Below are positions 18,856 to 27,143 of a stretch of 64,000 nucleotides of DNA, piece after piece. Source of the DNA: Escherichia coli (GTDB taxonomy: Bacteria > Pseudomonadota > Gammaproteobacteria > Enterobacterales > Enterobacteriaceae). The notes below the pieces were generated by a model that saw only the letters and a list, made by a program, of their open reading frames with translations, searched no databases and was not told the DNA's origin. The position numbers and the translations under genes were made by a program. Every line of letters begins with the position of its first letter. Position 1 is the first letter of the stretch. The stretch lies in the NCBI RefSeq assembly GCF_003018255.1, contig NZ_CP027440.1, one strand, 5' to 3'.

Positions 18856-18944
18856 CAGCATCACAAGATTACCCTTATTGCCACATAGCCAAACCCATCC
18901 TTTCCCGCTACAGTTAATTTCTTGTGGCGCGAAAGGAGGCAAAA

Positions 18945-19544
18945 ATGCTCTATATCTTTGATTTAGGTAATGTGATTGTCGATATCGACTTTAACCGTGT
19001 GCTGGGGGCCTGGAGCGATTTAACGCGTGTTCCACTGGCTACGCTTAAGAAGAGTTTCCACATGGGCGAGGCGTTTCATCAGCATGAGCGTGGGGAAATT
19101 AGCGACGAAGCGTTCGCAGAGGCGCTGTGTCATGAGATGGCCCTGCCGCTAAGCTACGAGCAGTTCTCTCACGGCTGGCAGGCGGTGTTTGTCGCGCTGC
19201 GCCCGGAAGTGATCGCCATCATGCATAAACTGCGTGAGCAGGGGCATCGCGTGGTGGTGCTTTCCAATACCAACCGCCTGCATACCACCTTCTGGCCGGA
19301 AGAATATCCGGAAATTCGTGATGCTGCTGACCATATCTATCTGTCGCAAGATCTGGGGATGCGCAAACCCGAAGCACGAATTTACCAGCATGTTTTGCAG
19401 GCGGAAGGTTTTTCACCAGACGATACGGTCTTTTTCGACGATAACGCCGATAATATAGAAGGAGCTAATCGGCTAGGCATTACTAGTATTCTGGTGAAAG
19501 ATAAAACCACCATCCCGGACTATTTCGCGAAGGTGTTATGCTAA
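18945..19544 (+). CDS. yihX: HAD-family alpha-D-glucose-1-phosphate phosphatase YihX
   Basis: ORF 18924-19544. I place the start at [10 protein letters not shown] (ATG at 18945, AAGGAGG RBS), giving the 199-aa K-12 length. The HAD motif DLGNV is present. Confidence 0.93.
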
Positions 19545-20410
19545 AAACCATTCAGGACAAAGCCAGGCATCGTACCCGTCCACTATGGGCCTGGCTAAAA
19601 CTACTCTGGCAACGCATTGATGAGGACAACATGACAACCCTGGCAGGTAACCTTGCCTATGTGTCGTTGCTCTCATTAGTGCCGCTGGTTGCCGTTGTTT
19701 TTGCGCTTTTCGCCGCTTTTCCCATGTTTTCCGACGTCAGCATTCAGTTGCGTCACTTTATTTTTGCCAACTTTCTGCCTGCTACTGGCGATGTTATTCA
19801 GCGGTATATCGAACAATTTGTTGCCAATTCCAACAAGATGACCGCCGTTGGGGCGTGTGGGCTGATCGTCACAGCATTATTGCTGATGTACTCCATCGAT
19901 AGCGCGTTGAATACCATCTGGCGCAGCAAACGAGCGCGACCAAAAATTTACTCGTTTGCCGTGTACTGGATGATTTTAACGCTGGGGCCGCTGCTGGCAG
20001 GGGCCAGTCTGGCGATCAGTTCCTATCTGCTCTCCCTGCGCTGGGCGAGCGATCTCAATACTGTCATCGACAACGTGCTGCGTATTTTTCCGCTGCTGTT
20101 GTCGTGGATCTCCTTCTGGTTGCTGTACAGCATTGTTCCTACCATCCGCGTACCTAACCGCGACGCGATTGTCGGCGCGTTTGTCGCCGCACTCCTGTTC
20201 GAAGCAGGAAAGAAAGGTTTCGCGCTTTATATCACCATGTTCCCGTCATATCAGCTCATTTACGGCGTGCTGGCGGTGATCCCCATTCTCTTTGTCTGGG
20301 TCTACTGGACATGGTGTATCGTCTTGCTTGGCGCGGAAATTACTGTCACTCTCGGGGAATACCGCAAATTAAAACAAGCTGCTGAACAAGAAGAAGACGA
20401 CGAACCATGA
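19538..20410 (+). CDS. yihY: Inner-membrane protein YihY (formerly rbn)
   Basis: 290-aa ORF overlapping the yihX stop by 7 nt. It is a multi-TM protein matching K-12 YihY. Confidence 0.92.
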
Positions 20411-20844
20411 TTGCATTAATTCAACGCGTAACCCGTGCCAGCGTCACCGTGGAGGGAGAAGTGACGGGCGAAATTGGCGCGGGACTTTTGGTGTTATTGG
20501 GTGTCGAAAAGGATGACGACGAACAGAAAGCAAACCGTCTGTGCGAGCGTGTGCTCGGCTACCGCATCTTTAGCGATGCCGAAGGCAAGATGAATCTCAA
20601 CGTGCAACAGGCGGGCGGCAGTGTACTGGTGGTTTCCCAGTTTACCCTTGCCGCAGATACCGAACGGGGGATGCGTCCAAGTTTCTCCAAAGGTGCATCA
20701 CCGGATCGCGCAGAGGCGTTATATGACTATTTCGTCGAACGCTGCCGTCAGCAAGAGATGAACACGCAAACAGGACGCTTCGCTGCGGATATGCAGGTAT
20801 CGCTGGTCAATGATGGCCCCGTGACATTCTGGTTGCAGGTATGA
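20407..20844 (+). CDS. dtd: D-aminoacyl-tRNA deacylase
   Basis: 145-aa ORF ([13 protein letters not shown]...SQFTL...NDGPVTF). ATGA overlap with yihY. Confidence 0.96.
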
Positions 20845-21830
20845 GCCAGCTTCCAGGGTTGTCACGGGAAACAAGAGAGAGTATCGCTATGTATCACCTT
20901 CGGGTTCCACAAACAGAAGAAGAATTAGAGCGTTACTATCAGTTTCGCTGGGAAATGTTGCGTAAGCCCCTGCATCAACCGAAAGGTTCGGAACGCGACG
21001 CGTGGGATGCGATGGCGCATCACCAGATGGTCGTCGACGAGCAGGGTAATCTGGTGGCGGTAGGCCGACTGTATATTAATGCCGACAATGAAGCGTCCAT
21101 TCGCTTTATGGCCGTTCATCCCGACGTGCAGGACAAAGGGTTAGGAACGCTGATGGCGATGACCCTCGAATCTGTGGCGCGTCAGGAAGGTGTTAAGCGC
21201 GTGACCTGTAGCGCCCGCGAAGACGCGGTGGAGTTTTTCGCCAAGCTGGGGTTTGTTAATCAGGGAGAAATCACCACGCCAACCACCACGCCGATTCGCC
21301 ATTTTTTGATGATTAAACCCGTTGCCACTCTGGATGATATTTTGCATCGCGGCGACTGGTGCGCGCAGCTGCAACAGGCGTGGTATGAACACATCCCGCT
21401 GAGTGAAAAAATGGGCGTGCGCATTCAGCAATATACCGGGCAAAAATTTATCACCACCATGCCGGAAACAGGCAATCAGAATCCGCATCACACGCTGTTT
21501 GCCGGGAGTTTATTCTCGCTGGCAACGCTCACCGGTTGGGGGCTTATCTGGCTGATGCTGCGCGAACGCCACCTCGGCGGAACGATTATTCTGGCGGATG
21601 CGCATATCCGCTACAGCAAGCCGATTAGCGGCAAACCTCATGCGGTAGCCGACCTTGGTGCCTTAAGCGGCGATCTCGACCGTCTGGCGCGCGGACGAAA
21701 AGCACGGGTGCAGATGCAAGTAGAAATCTTTGGCGACGAGACGCCGGGTGCAGTGTTTGAAGGCACGTATATCGTTCTGCCCGCGAAGCCATTTGGCCCG
21801 TATGAAGAGGGCGGGAACGAAGAAGAGTAG
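20841..21830 (+). CDS. yiiD: GNAT acetyltransferase / thioesterase fusion protein YiiD (FabY)
   Basis: 329-aa ORF with an ATGA overlap with dtd. It has an N-terminal GNAT domain and a C-terminal hot-dog-like domain, and matches K-12 YiiD. Confidence 0.92.
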
Positions 21831-21847
21831 GGGCGTTTTACTTGACT

Positions 21848-21876
21848 GAAAAGGTTTTCAATCTGAAAACCTTTTC
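21848..21876. terminator. Bidirectional terminator between convergent yiiD and the esterase gene
   Basis: Perfect 12-bp inverted repeat, GAAAAGGTTTTC-AATCT-GAAAACCTTTTC. Confidence 0.7.
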
Positions 21877-21893
21877 TGGGCCCTGGTCCGGAG

Positions 21894-22814
21894 TTACCTT
21901 CCCGCTCTCCAGGCAACATCCCGTAGCGCCGATCGCGCAGCCTCGCTGATACCACCTAACTGAAAAAATCCGTGGATAACGCCAAGGTAGCGTTGGCAGG
22001 TGCATTGCACTCCTTGCCCTGTCATGCGGTGATACAACGCTTCACCTTCATCGCAAAGTGGGTCGTATTCAGCGGTAATGATATGTACAGGTGGCAAGCC
22101 ATTGAAATCATCGCGCCAAAGAGGGCTGGCTTCAGGATGCCTGCGTTCAATGCCTGGCAGGTACATCTCAAAGCCGCTCAGTAAAGTGTCGCGTGTGATG
22201 ATGTAATCGTGACCATTGCGTATGTAGCTTTCGAAATGCGCAGTCGCATCAAGCATGGGATAAATTAAGATGAGTTGTGCTGGTTGCCACTCGCCAGCAC
22301 GCTTCAATCGCAAAGCAGTTACCAGCGCCAGATGCCCTCCCGCACTGTCACCGGCAAGAGTTATTCGTTGTTTATCAACGCCGAGTCGTTCGGCGTGTTG
22401 CCGGACTAATTCTGCACCTCGTTGTGCATCATCATGGGCGGCGGGGAAAGTATGTTCCGGTGCCAGCCGATACTGGACGGCAATAATCCGACATTGCCCG
22501 TAATAGGCTAACTGGCGCAGCTGGTTGTCGTGAGTTGCGAACCCGCCGCTAACAAAACAGCCACCGTAGTAATAAATTATCGTCGGGAGTAATGTCGGGG
22601 CATTCAGCGGTGACACTATTCGTAAGGTCATCCCTTCAAGTTCGATAGTCTGAATATCTACCCGCGTTTCTGTCTCACCCGCAAGGACAGCGCTGGCGAT
22701 ATAGCCCTCTCTGCGCTGCGTAATACTTTGTTGGCGCGATGAGGGGCGACCCGCAGCGATAAACTCTTCGACTAACTCTGCAATTCCTTTTTCCAGTGCC
22801 ATAGTAGAACTCAT
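21894..22814 (-). CDS. alpha/beta-hydrolase, hormone-sensitive-lipase (Aes-like) family esterase
   Basis: ORF 21894-22877 with a GTG start. More likely starts are the ATG at 22814 (MSSTMALEKG) or at 22802. It has the nucleophile elbow GDSAGG, DPLCDEG (Asp) and HGFF (His). The oxyanion motif reads YGGC instead of the usual HGGG. I do not remember this gene at this locus in K-12. Confidence 0.82.
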   Translation of the reverse strand: MSSTMALEKGIAELVEEFIAAGRPSSRQQSITQRREGYIASAVLAGETETRVDIQTIELEGMTLRIVSPLNAPTLLPTIIYYYGGCFVSGGFATHDNQLRQLAYYGQCRIIAVQYRLAPEHTFPAAHDDAQRGAELVRQHAERLGVDKQRITLAGDSAGGHLALVTALRLKRAGEWQPAQLILIYPMLDATAHFESYIRNGHDYIITRDTLLSGFEMYLPGIERRHPEASPLWRDDFNGLPPVHIITAEYDPLCDEGEALYHRMTGQGVQCTCQRYLGVIHGFFQLGGISEAARSALRDVAWRAGR

Positions 22815-22889
22815 TTTGCTGTATGAATGTACAGTTTTATACACCCGTTTTTGCTGGATGGATACAGGGAAATTCACGGGCGTGAAAAA

Positions 22890-22910
22890 TCTGGAAAGCG
22901 CCTCGCAAAT
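22890..22910 (+). repeat. Copy A of a 21-22 bp conserved motif (TCTGGAAAGCGCCTCGCAAAT)
   Basis: Matches copies at 24123-24143 and 24562-24583 at about 18 of 21 positions. Confidence 0.6.
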
Positions 22911-22976
22911 GTAAAGACAAACCCGGCAGAGACGTGGTTTTGCTGGAGCACTATCAGTAAGCTAGTGGTTTCAAGG

Positions 22977-22993
22977 GTACGTCAATGACGTAC
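22977..22993. promoter_or_regulatory. Candidate operator of the HigA2-like antitoxin
   Basis: Perfect 17-bp palindrome GTACGTCA-A-TGACGTAC, 38 nt upstream of the toxin start. Confidence 0.5.
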
Positions 22994-23030
22994 AAAAAGG
23001 ATTGTTACTCTAAGCCAATGGCGTATAATT

Positions 23031-23342
23031 ATGCTCTTCATCGAAACGGAAATTTTTACTGAAGATGTTCAAAAACTGCTGACCGACGATGAATTCAGTC
23101 GTTTTCAGTTTTTCCTGGCCTTGAATCCTGACTATGGTGAGGTAATACCTGAAACTGGTGGGTTAAGAAAGGTTCGATGGGTGTCAGGAGGAAAGGGGAA
23201 ACGTGCTGGTGTCAGGGTTATTTACTTTCATCAGGTTAAACATTATGAGATCAGATTACTGCTTATTTATCGTAAGGGTATTAAAGATGATCTGTCTCCC
23301 CAGGAAAAAGCAATGCTCCGGTTGTTAAATACGAGGTGGTAA
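23031..23342 (+). CDS. Type II toxin, RelE superfamily, HigB2-like
   Basis: 103-aa ORF. The pattern F.E..IF...L.D.E...FQ..L.LNP..G.VI..TGGLRKVR...GKGKR.G.RVIY...LL.IY.K aligns with my recollection of Vibrio cholerae HigB-2. It is followed immediately by an HTH gene. Confidence 0.8.
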   Translation: MLFIETEIFTEDVQKLLTDDEFSRFQFFLALNPDYGEVIPETGGLRKVRWVSGGKGKRAGVRVIYFHQVKHYEIRLLLIYRKGIKDDLSPQEKAMLRLLNTRW

Positions 23343-23633
23343 ATGGATAAGGCACTTTTTGAGCGGTTGACTCACAGCATGGCCCAGATGAATGAAATTA
23401 TTGAAGGAACGCGACAGCCTTCGCGGACTTTTGAAGTTGATGCTATGAAAATCAAAGAAATACGCCGCGCTTCAGGGTTGTCACAATCTAAATTTGCCGA
23501 TCTTATTTCTGTAAGCGTAGACACGTTGCGTAACTGGGAGCAGGGGCGACGTTCACCGACCGGGCCTGCAAAGGCTTTGCTGCGAGCGATTGCCAATGAT
23601 CCGCAACATGTGCTGCAAGCACTTAACCGTTAG
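23343..23633 (+). CDS. Type II antitoxin, XRE-family HTH, HigA2-like
   Basis: 96-aa ORF whose ATG abuts the toxin stop (TAAATG), with a GAGGTGG RBS inside the toxin 3' end. The HTH segment is IRRASGLSQSKFADLISVSVDTLRNWEQGRRSPTGPAKALL. Confidence 0.8.
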   Translation: MDKALFERLTHSMAQMNEIIEGTRQPSRTFEVDAMKIKEIRRASGLSQSKFADLISVSVDTLRNWEQGRRSPTGPAKALLRAIANDPQHVLQALNR

Positions 23634-24122
23634 AGGCATGGTTATGCCATACAGAAAGCACCAGCATTCAGAACTCCTGTGAAAGCGGCGTAGTGCCACC
23701 TGCTCAGGAGTTTTGCTATGACCCGTAATCGTGCTGACCGTTGCCACCCTATGATGCGATTAAAAAAACTCATCGTCGCGCCGATGATTGACGTCAATGC
23801 TATCGGATGATACCGGGGGTGTTCCGGAAGGAATTCCTTGTTTCCCGAACTGTTACCAACAAAATTATAACGATAAGCAAGTAAAGACCGGTTGGTGGCA
23901 GTACTGACCGGTCTGTGATGGATGATTAATTTCACCTTAAATCCTGGTGCTGTTAGGATGCTGACATTTTTCGGCTACACCATTCAGATTATGCAAATAA
24001 AGATCCAATCAAAAGATAAATATCCCTGAATATAATATATTTATAGCACCCATATCTCATCCTGGGCGATAACCCAACCATTTTTGATTAACAAATGAAA
24101 CAACTGCAACGTTCTTATTATT

Positions 24123-24143
24123 TCTGGAAAACGTCTCGCAAAA
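24123..24143 (+). repeat. Copy B of the conserved motif (TCTGGAAAACGTCTCGCAAAA), 95 nt upstream of yiiE
   Basis: Part of a roughly 60-bp duplicated block (24102-24143 versus 24541-24583) that also shares AACTGCAAC(T)GTT. Confidence 0.6.
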
Positions 24144-24237
24144 ACAAAACAGCATGCAAAAATCCGCTTTTTTTAAATGATTTTTCGGCGTAATTTTCGC
24201 ACATACATTAATGAGTAATATATGTAAGGTATTGGTA

Positions 24238-24456
24238 ATGGCGATGAATACGGTTTTTCTTCATTTATCAGAAGAGGCAATTAAACGGCTGAACAAGCTT
24301 AGGGGCTGGCGTAAGGTTTCACGATCTGCAATTTTACGCGAAGCGGTTGAGCAATATCTGGAGCGGCAGCAATTTCCGGTGCGTAAAGCAAAGGGTGGCA
24401 GGCAAAGGGGGGAGACAGTAGTTGTTGATGATCAGTGTAAGGAGCATAAGGAATGA
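24238..24456 (+). CDS. yiiE: CopG/ribbon-helix-helix family protein YiiE
   Basis: ORF 24211-24456. I place the start at MAMNTVFLHLSEEAIKRLNKL (ATG at 24238), giving the 72-aa K-12 length. Confidence 0.85.
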   Translation: MAMNTVFLHLSEEAIKRLNKLRGWRKVSRSAILREAVEQYLERQQFPVRKAKGGRQRGETVVVDDQCKEHKE

Positions 24457-24561
24457 CAAAAAATTTATTATTCTTGAATATAAAAACCAGATGCCCTTAT
24501 TCTGGTATTAATACAAAGCTGTTTTACTTGAACTTATAATAACTGCAACTGTTACATCATA

Positions 24562-24583
24562 TCTGGAAAACGCCTCGCGAAAT
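24562..24583 (+). repeat. Copy C of the conserved motif (TCTGGAAAACGCCTCGCGAAAT), with no gene downstream
   Basis: Same orientation as copies A and B. It lies where I expect the yiiF upstream region to be. Confidence 0.6.
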
Positions 24584-24670
24584 ACGAGAGATTTTGCGGG
24601 AATAGCAGGTGTCGTCATACCCTATGAACTGTAATCCGGGCGACCAGCGCCACCCGGAAAACGTCAGAGA

Positions 24671-25600
24671 TTACTCCCCTTCACCCGGAAACAGGAACGG
24701 GTTGATGGAACTACGGGCATAGCCTTCTTGCTCCATTCGCGCGTCCAGTACCAGAGAGGCGAGGTCATCTGCCACGGCTTCAACTTTCGGTTCTTTTTCC
24801 TGATAAAGAATCTTCAGGTAAGTGCCGCAGTCATCGCAGCTTTCGGCTTTAATCGCGGCCTGTTCGTCATCCAGCGACCAGTAATGCAGTTTGCCGCTTT
24901 GTTCACAGTTGCTGCATTTTACGCGTACTACGTGCCATTCAGTTTCACACAGGTTGCAGTGCAGGTAACGCAGCCCCTGAGTGGTGCCAATTTGCACCAT
25001 GCTGGACACCGGCATAGAACCACAAACCGGGCAATATTGACGTTGTTCGCCATATTCCGCACGCGCTTTGCCGGGGATCAGATTGGCCATCTGCGCCCAG
25101 TAGAGCGACAGTGCAGCCCAGATAAACGGCGCTTTATCGCTGCTGACGGACGAGAAATCAGAGGCAAACAGTGCGCTGGCCATATCTTCCAGCTCCTGAG
25201 TCGATGCCTTCTCCAGATTCTCAATCACTGCCAGCGCCGGGCCGCTCATTTCAGGTTTCAGCTCAGCAATCAGCGCCATCAGCAGCTTTTGCCAGTGCTT
25301 ATCACGCGGCAGAACGTGAATATCCAGCGGGGGCTTGCCCTGTGCGCTGGCTTCTTTAATGCGCGCGGTCAGATCCATCTCCAGCGGATGGTCGTACAGC
25401 ACCACTTCCTGGGCGTGGGCGATAAGCGCAGCAAAGCGCAGGTAATCACCCAGCGGATTATTTTCTGCCAGCTCGCGCAGACGCTCGGCGCGGCGGTTGT
25501 ATAAATTCTTGAGCCGAGGGAACAATAACGGCGGAATCATATCCGCCGTACGTTTCTCGCTCGAACCCAGCTCATCTTGCGGGATTATGCGAATACTCAT
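24671..25600 (-). CDS. fdhE: Formate dehydrogenase formation protein FdhE
   Basis: 309-aa ORF with four CxxC pairs ([27 protein letters not shown]). Confidence 0.96.
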   Translation of the reverse strand: MSIRIIPQDELGSSEKRTADMIPPLLFPRLKNLYNRRAERLRELAENNPLGDYLRFAALIAHAQEVVLYDHPLEMDLTARIKEASAQGKPPLDIHVLPRDKHWQKLLMALIAELKPEMSGPALAVIENLEKASTQELEDMASALFASDFSSVSSDKAPFIWAALSLYWAQMANLIPGKARAEYGEQRQYCPVCGSMPVSSMVQIGTTQGLRYLHCNLCETEWHVVRVKCSNCEQSGKLHYWSLDDEQAAIKAESCDDCGTYLKILYQEKEPKVEAVADDLASLVLDARMEQEGYARSSINPFLFPGEGE

Positions 25601-26232
25601 TCAGCTTTCTTTTCCGTTGTCTTGCGGACCTCACGGTACCAGCGCGGGTGATGTTTCTTCGCCCAGGCGCTGGTCACCCATCCTTCCACCATGGCGGTAA
25701 TCGTGCCTTTCACCCAAAGGGCGGCGTAGATATGCACCATGATAACCACAATTAACGCCACTGCGGCAAATGAATGCAGCATTAACGCGAATCGGATCAC
25801 CGGGATTGAGAAAGCAGGCGCAAAATAAGGACGCCAGATAATCACGCCGCTCACCAGCAACAGGACCAGGAAAATAATCGCCGCCCAGAAAACGCATTTC
25901 TGACCGAAGTTATAACGCCCGGTGTCACCTACTTCCTCGTTGACGACGATCTTACGAATATTCTTCGCCCAAAAGATATCATCCCGATTGATTAGGTTGT
26001 GATGCCAGTAACGGAAAAACATGATGATGAACGAGGCAAACATAACCACGCCGACAAACGGGTGCAGAATTCGCGCCAGCTGCGGTGTGCCCATGATTTG
26101 CATCAACCAGTTGAAGGACGGGAACAAAAAGCCCAGCCCGCTCACCGCCGCCAGGATGAAGCAGAAGGCGGTGATCCAGTGGTTGATACGTTCCGGCGCG
26201 GTGTAGCGCACGATGGTGTCACGTCGTTTCAT
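25597..26232 (-). CDS. fdoI: Formate dehydrogenase-O cytochrome b556 subunit
   Basis: 211-aa, 4-TM ORF with a 4-nt overlap with fdhE. Confidence 0.95.
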
Positions 26233-27131
26233 TTGCGCTCCTCGTCTTTCTCTTCGTGCAGATTATTCTCTTCCTCATCCGCACGGTTCGGACCGACACC
26301 CACGTAGTGGAATATACTGGCTGCGAAGGTAGCCGCAAAGCCAACAGCTGCGAGCGGTTTCCAGATGCCTTTCCAGAATTTCACGGTTTCGCTGATTTCC
26401 GGGTTCTCCGGCAAGCCATGATACAGATTTGGCTTGTCAGCATGGTGCAGCACGTACATAACATGTGTACCACCGACGCCTGCCGGGTCGTACAAACCCG
26501 CATTGTCGTAACCACGGGTTTTCAGCTCCGCCACGCGCTCGCTCGCCAGCGTTTTCATCGACTCTTTCGTACCGAAGTGAATCGCGCCCGTTGGGCAGGT
26601 CTTCACGCAGGCCGGTTCTTGCCCAACCACCACGCGGTCAACGCACAACGTACATTTGTAGACGCGGTTGTCTTCCGGGTTGAGGCGCGGAATGTCGAAC
26701 GGACAGCCCGCAATGCAATAACCGCAGCCGATGCACTGCTCGGACTGGAAGTCGACGATACCGTTGGCATACTGAATAATTGCCCCTTCCGCCGGGCACG
26801 CTTTCAGGCAGCCTGGATCGGAACAGTGCATACAGCCGTCTTTGCGGATCAGCCATTCCAGTTTGTCGTTCTGCTCCACTTCCGAGAATCGCATCACCGT
26901 CCACGATTTGGCACTTAAATCATTGGGGTTGTCGTACACCCCAATGTTATTGCCGACGGTATCGCGAATGTCGTTCCACTCTGAACACGCCACCTGACAG
27001 GCTTTACAGCCGATACAGGTGGTAACGTCGATGAGTTTCGCCACTTCTTCCTGGAAGTCCCGCGCCTGAGGCGCGGGGGTCAGACCGTTAGTCGCGGAAC
27101 GACGAATGATATCTTGCGATTGATAAGCCAT
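26229..27131 (-). CDS. fdoH: Formate dehydrogenase-O iron-sulfur subunit
   Basis: 300-aa ORF with multiple CxxCxxCxxxCP ferredoxin motifs and a C-terminal TM anchor. Confidence 0.96.
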
Positions 27132-27143
27132 ATGTCGTCTCCG

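Noticed and set aside
10187-18944. The variant sugar cluster considered as a genomic island carried by a mobile element.
   Set aside because: No integrase, transposase, tRNA attachment site, terminal inverted repeats or flanking direct repeats are visible. Allelic replacement by homologous recombination is the simpler reading.
22890-22910. Reading the repeated TCTGGAAAnCGyCTCGC motif as a sigma54 promoter (GG...GC).
   Set aside because: The GG-to-GC spacing is one nucleotide too long, and the flanking bases do not match TGGCAC-N5-TTGC. No enhancer-binding-protein gene is nearby.
23003-23029. TTGTTA-N15-TATAAT as the promoter of the HigB2-like toxin gene.
   Set aside because: The -10 hexamer ends 1 nt before the ATG, so transcription would start inside the coding sequence. 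The 15-bp spacer is also short. I kept it only as a puzzle within the TA finding.
23642-23935. A 97-aa minus-strand ORF and a 30-aa plus-strand ORF (23717-23809, MTRNRADRCHPMMRLKKLIVAPMIDVNAIG) in the gene-free part of the islet.
   Set aside because: They have no Shine-Dalgarno sequence, an odd composition and no recognisable motif. They may be remnants of decayed genes, but I cannot support a call.
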